Positions 63,170-64,000 of a stretch of 64,000 nucleotides of DNA are shown one piece after another. How positions within the stretch are numbered: the first letter of the stretch is position 1; each line of letters opens with the position of its first letter. Both the position numbers and the translations under genes were made by a program. Under the pieces are notes generated by a model. The model saw only the letters and a list, made by a program, of their open reading frames with translations. It was not told the DNA's origin and ran no database searches. Source of the stretch: a virus (lineage: Duplodnaviria > Caudoviricetes); IMG/VR virus record IMGVR_UViG_3300031853_000013, positions 1 to 64,000 of that record; one strand, given 5' to 3'.

Positions 63170-64000
63170 TTAATATTCTTCATAAATATATTCTGATGGG
63201 TCGGGGTAGTTTGATGCTGATAATCTTCCTTGTGGCACTTTGATTATACAAGATGTTTCTATTCCTAATTCACCACTTAAGGGAAGCATATGGTAGGTAT
63301 TGTTATTGATGGTAACGCAGAACAATCGTAGAAAGCTGCAGATCCAATGCTTGTTACACTACTTGGAATTGTTATTGAAGATAATGCAGAACAGCTACAG
63401 AAAGCATTACTTTCAATTGAAGTAACACTACTTGGAATACTTATTGATGATAATGCAGAACTCCACGAGAAAGCATCATCTTCAATTGTAGTAACACCAT
63501 TAGGAAGCGTTACTGAAGATAATGCATTGCAATAGGATAAAGCATTCGTTCCCATTTCAGTAACACCATTAGGAATTGTTATTGACGTCAGTTCGACAAA
63601 GTAATACATAGAACCTATGTTTGTAATACCCGTACCCAGTTCAATTTTTCGAGGAAAGTATGTTTCACTGTCATGACCAGGTGAAAATTCAAAACTACCA
63701 CTAACAACAGTAATAGAAATAGTATAACTACCAGCGTCAGAATAATCATGTGATTCACTATCAGCACCGTCTCCACTTGTCCATGTAGTATGGTCTGAAT
63801 TATCTCCCCAATCAATATCTAATTCTGTATCATCATTAAGATTAAGATATAAGATAGGGGAAAGGTCATCCTCTGTAATTACGCAATAGATTCGTGTCTT
63901 ACCGTCAGAAGTAATATACATCTGACCGATATTGAGCTTACCGTAGCTTGCAACATAAGCCTTAGCATCACTCAAAGACCAGTTCCAGCCTTGTGCTGTA
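63170..64000 (-). CDS. 3' part of a BspA-type LRR protein with frameshifted C-terminus (starts outside window)
   Basis: ITIPSSVTSIG repeats; frame stops at 63277 but another frame gives SGELGIETSCIIKVPQG...NYPDPSEYIYEEY to 63170. Confidence 0.7.

Noticed and set aside
655-63535. Plus-strand ORFs and nested minus-strand ORFs in the track
   Set aside because: They are antisense or out-of-frame shadows of RBS-led minus-strand genes, with no recognisable motifs
43129-64000. Diversity-generating retroelement acting on LRR/fibre genes
   Set aside because: No reverse transcriptase and no template/variable repeat pair with adenine-specific differences was seen

Overview
A 64-kb internal segment of a tailed dsDNA phage (siphovirus-like; Firmicutes-type GGAGG ribosome-binding sites, GH25 endolysin, BspA-type LRR proteins). 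Essentially all real genes are on the minus strand. In transcription order (right to left) it runs: LRR protein, endolysin, tail chaperones, tape measure, Dit/Tal-like genes, four LRR fibre-like genes (64-43 kb); about 37 kb of small early/accessory genes including ThyX, MazG-like, Rnl2-type RNA ligase, MazF-like, DUF6353 proteins and a sigma4-alphaCTD fusion; then a candidate origin, a 1378-aa helicase-primase-PolB fusion, an HNH endonuclease and the start of a probable SSB. No capsid, terminase or integrase is visible. The main discovery is a phage-specific expression system. Thirty copies of a fixed-spacing element (minus strand TCGCA-N7-CA-N5-YWTWAT) each head a short, mostly monocistronic cassette. 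5' hairpins, SD sequences and ncRNA stems begin 0-3 nt after the hexamer, which does not fit sigma-A geometry. Four cassettes carry no protein but tRNA-like or structured non-coding RNAs. A subclass of the elements has upstream 33-34-bp phased repeats, and near-identical cassette frames carry unrelated cargo genes. A sigma region 4 / RNAP alpha-CTD fusion is a candidate regulator. Several frameshifts and premature stops suggest gene decay or consensus errors. Protein family calls come from motif recognition by eye, not database searches.
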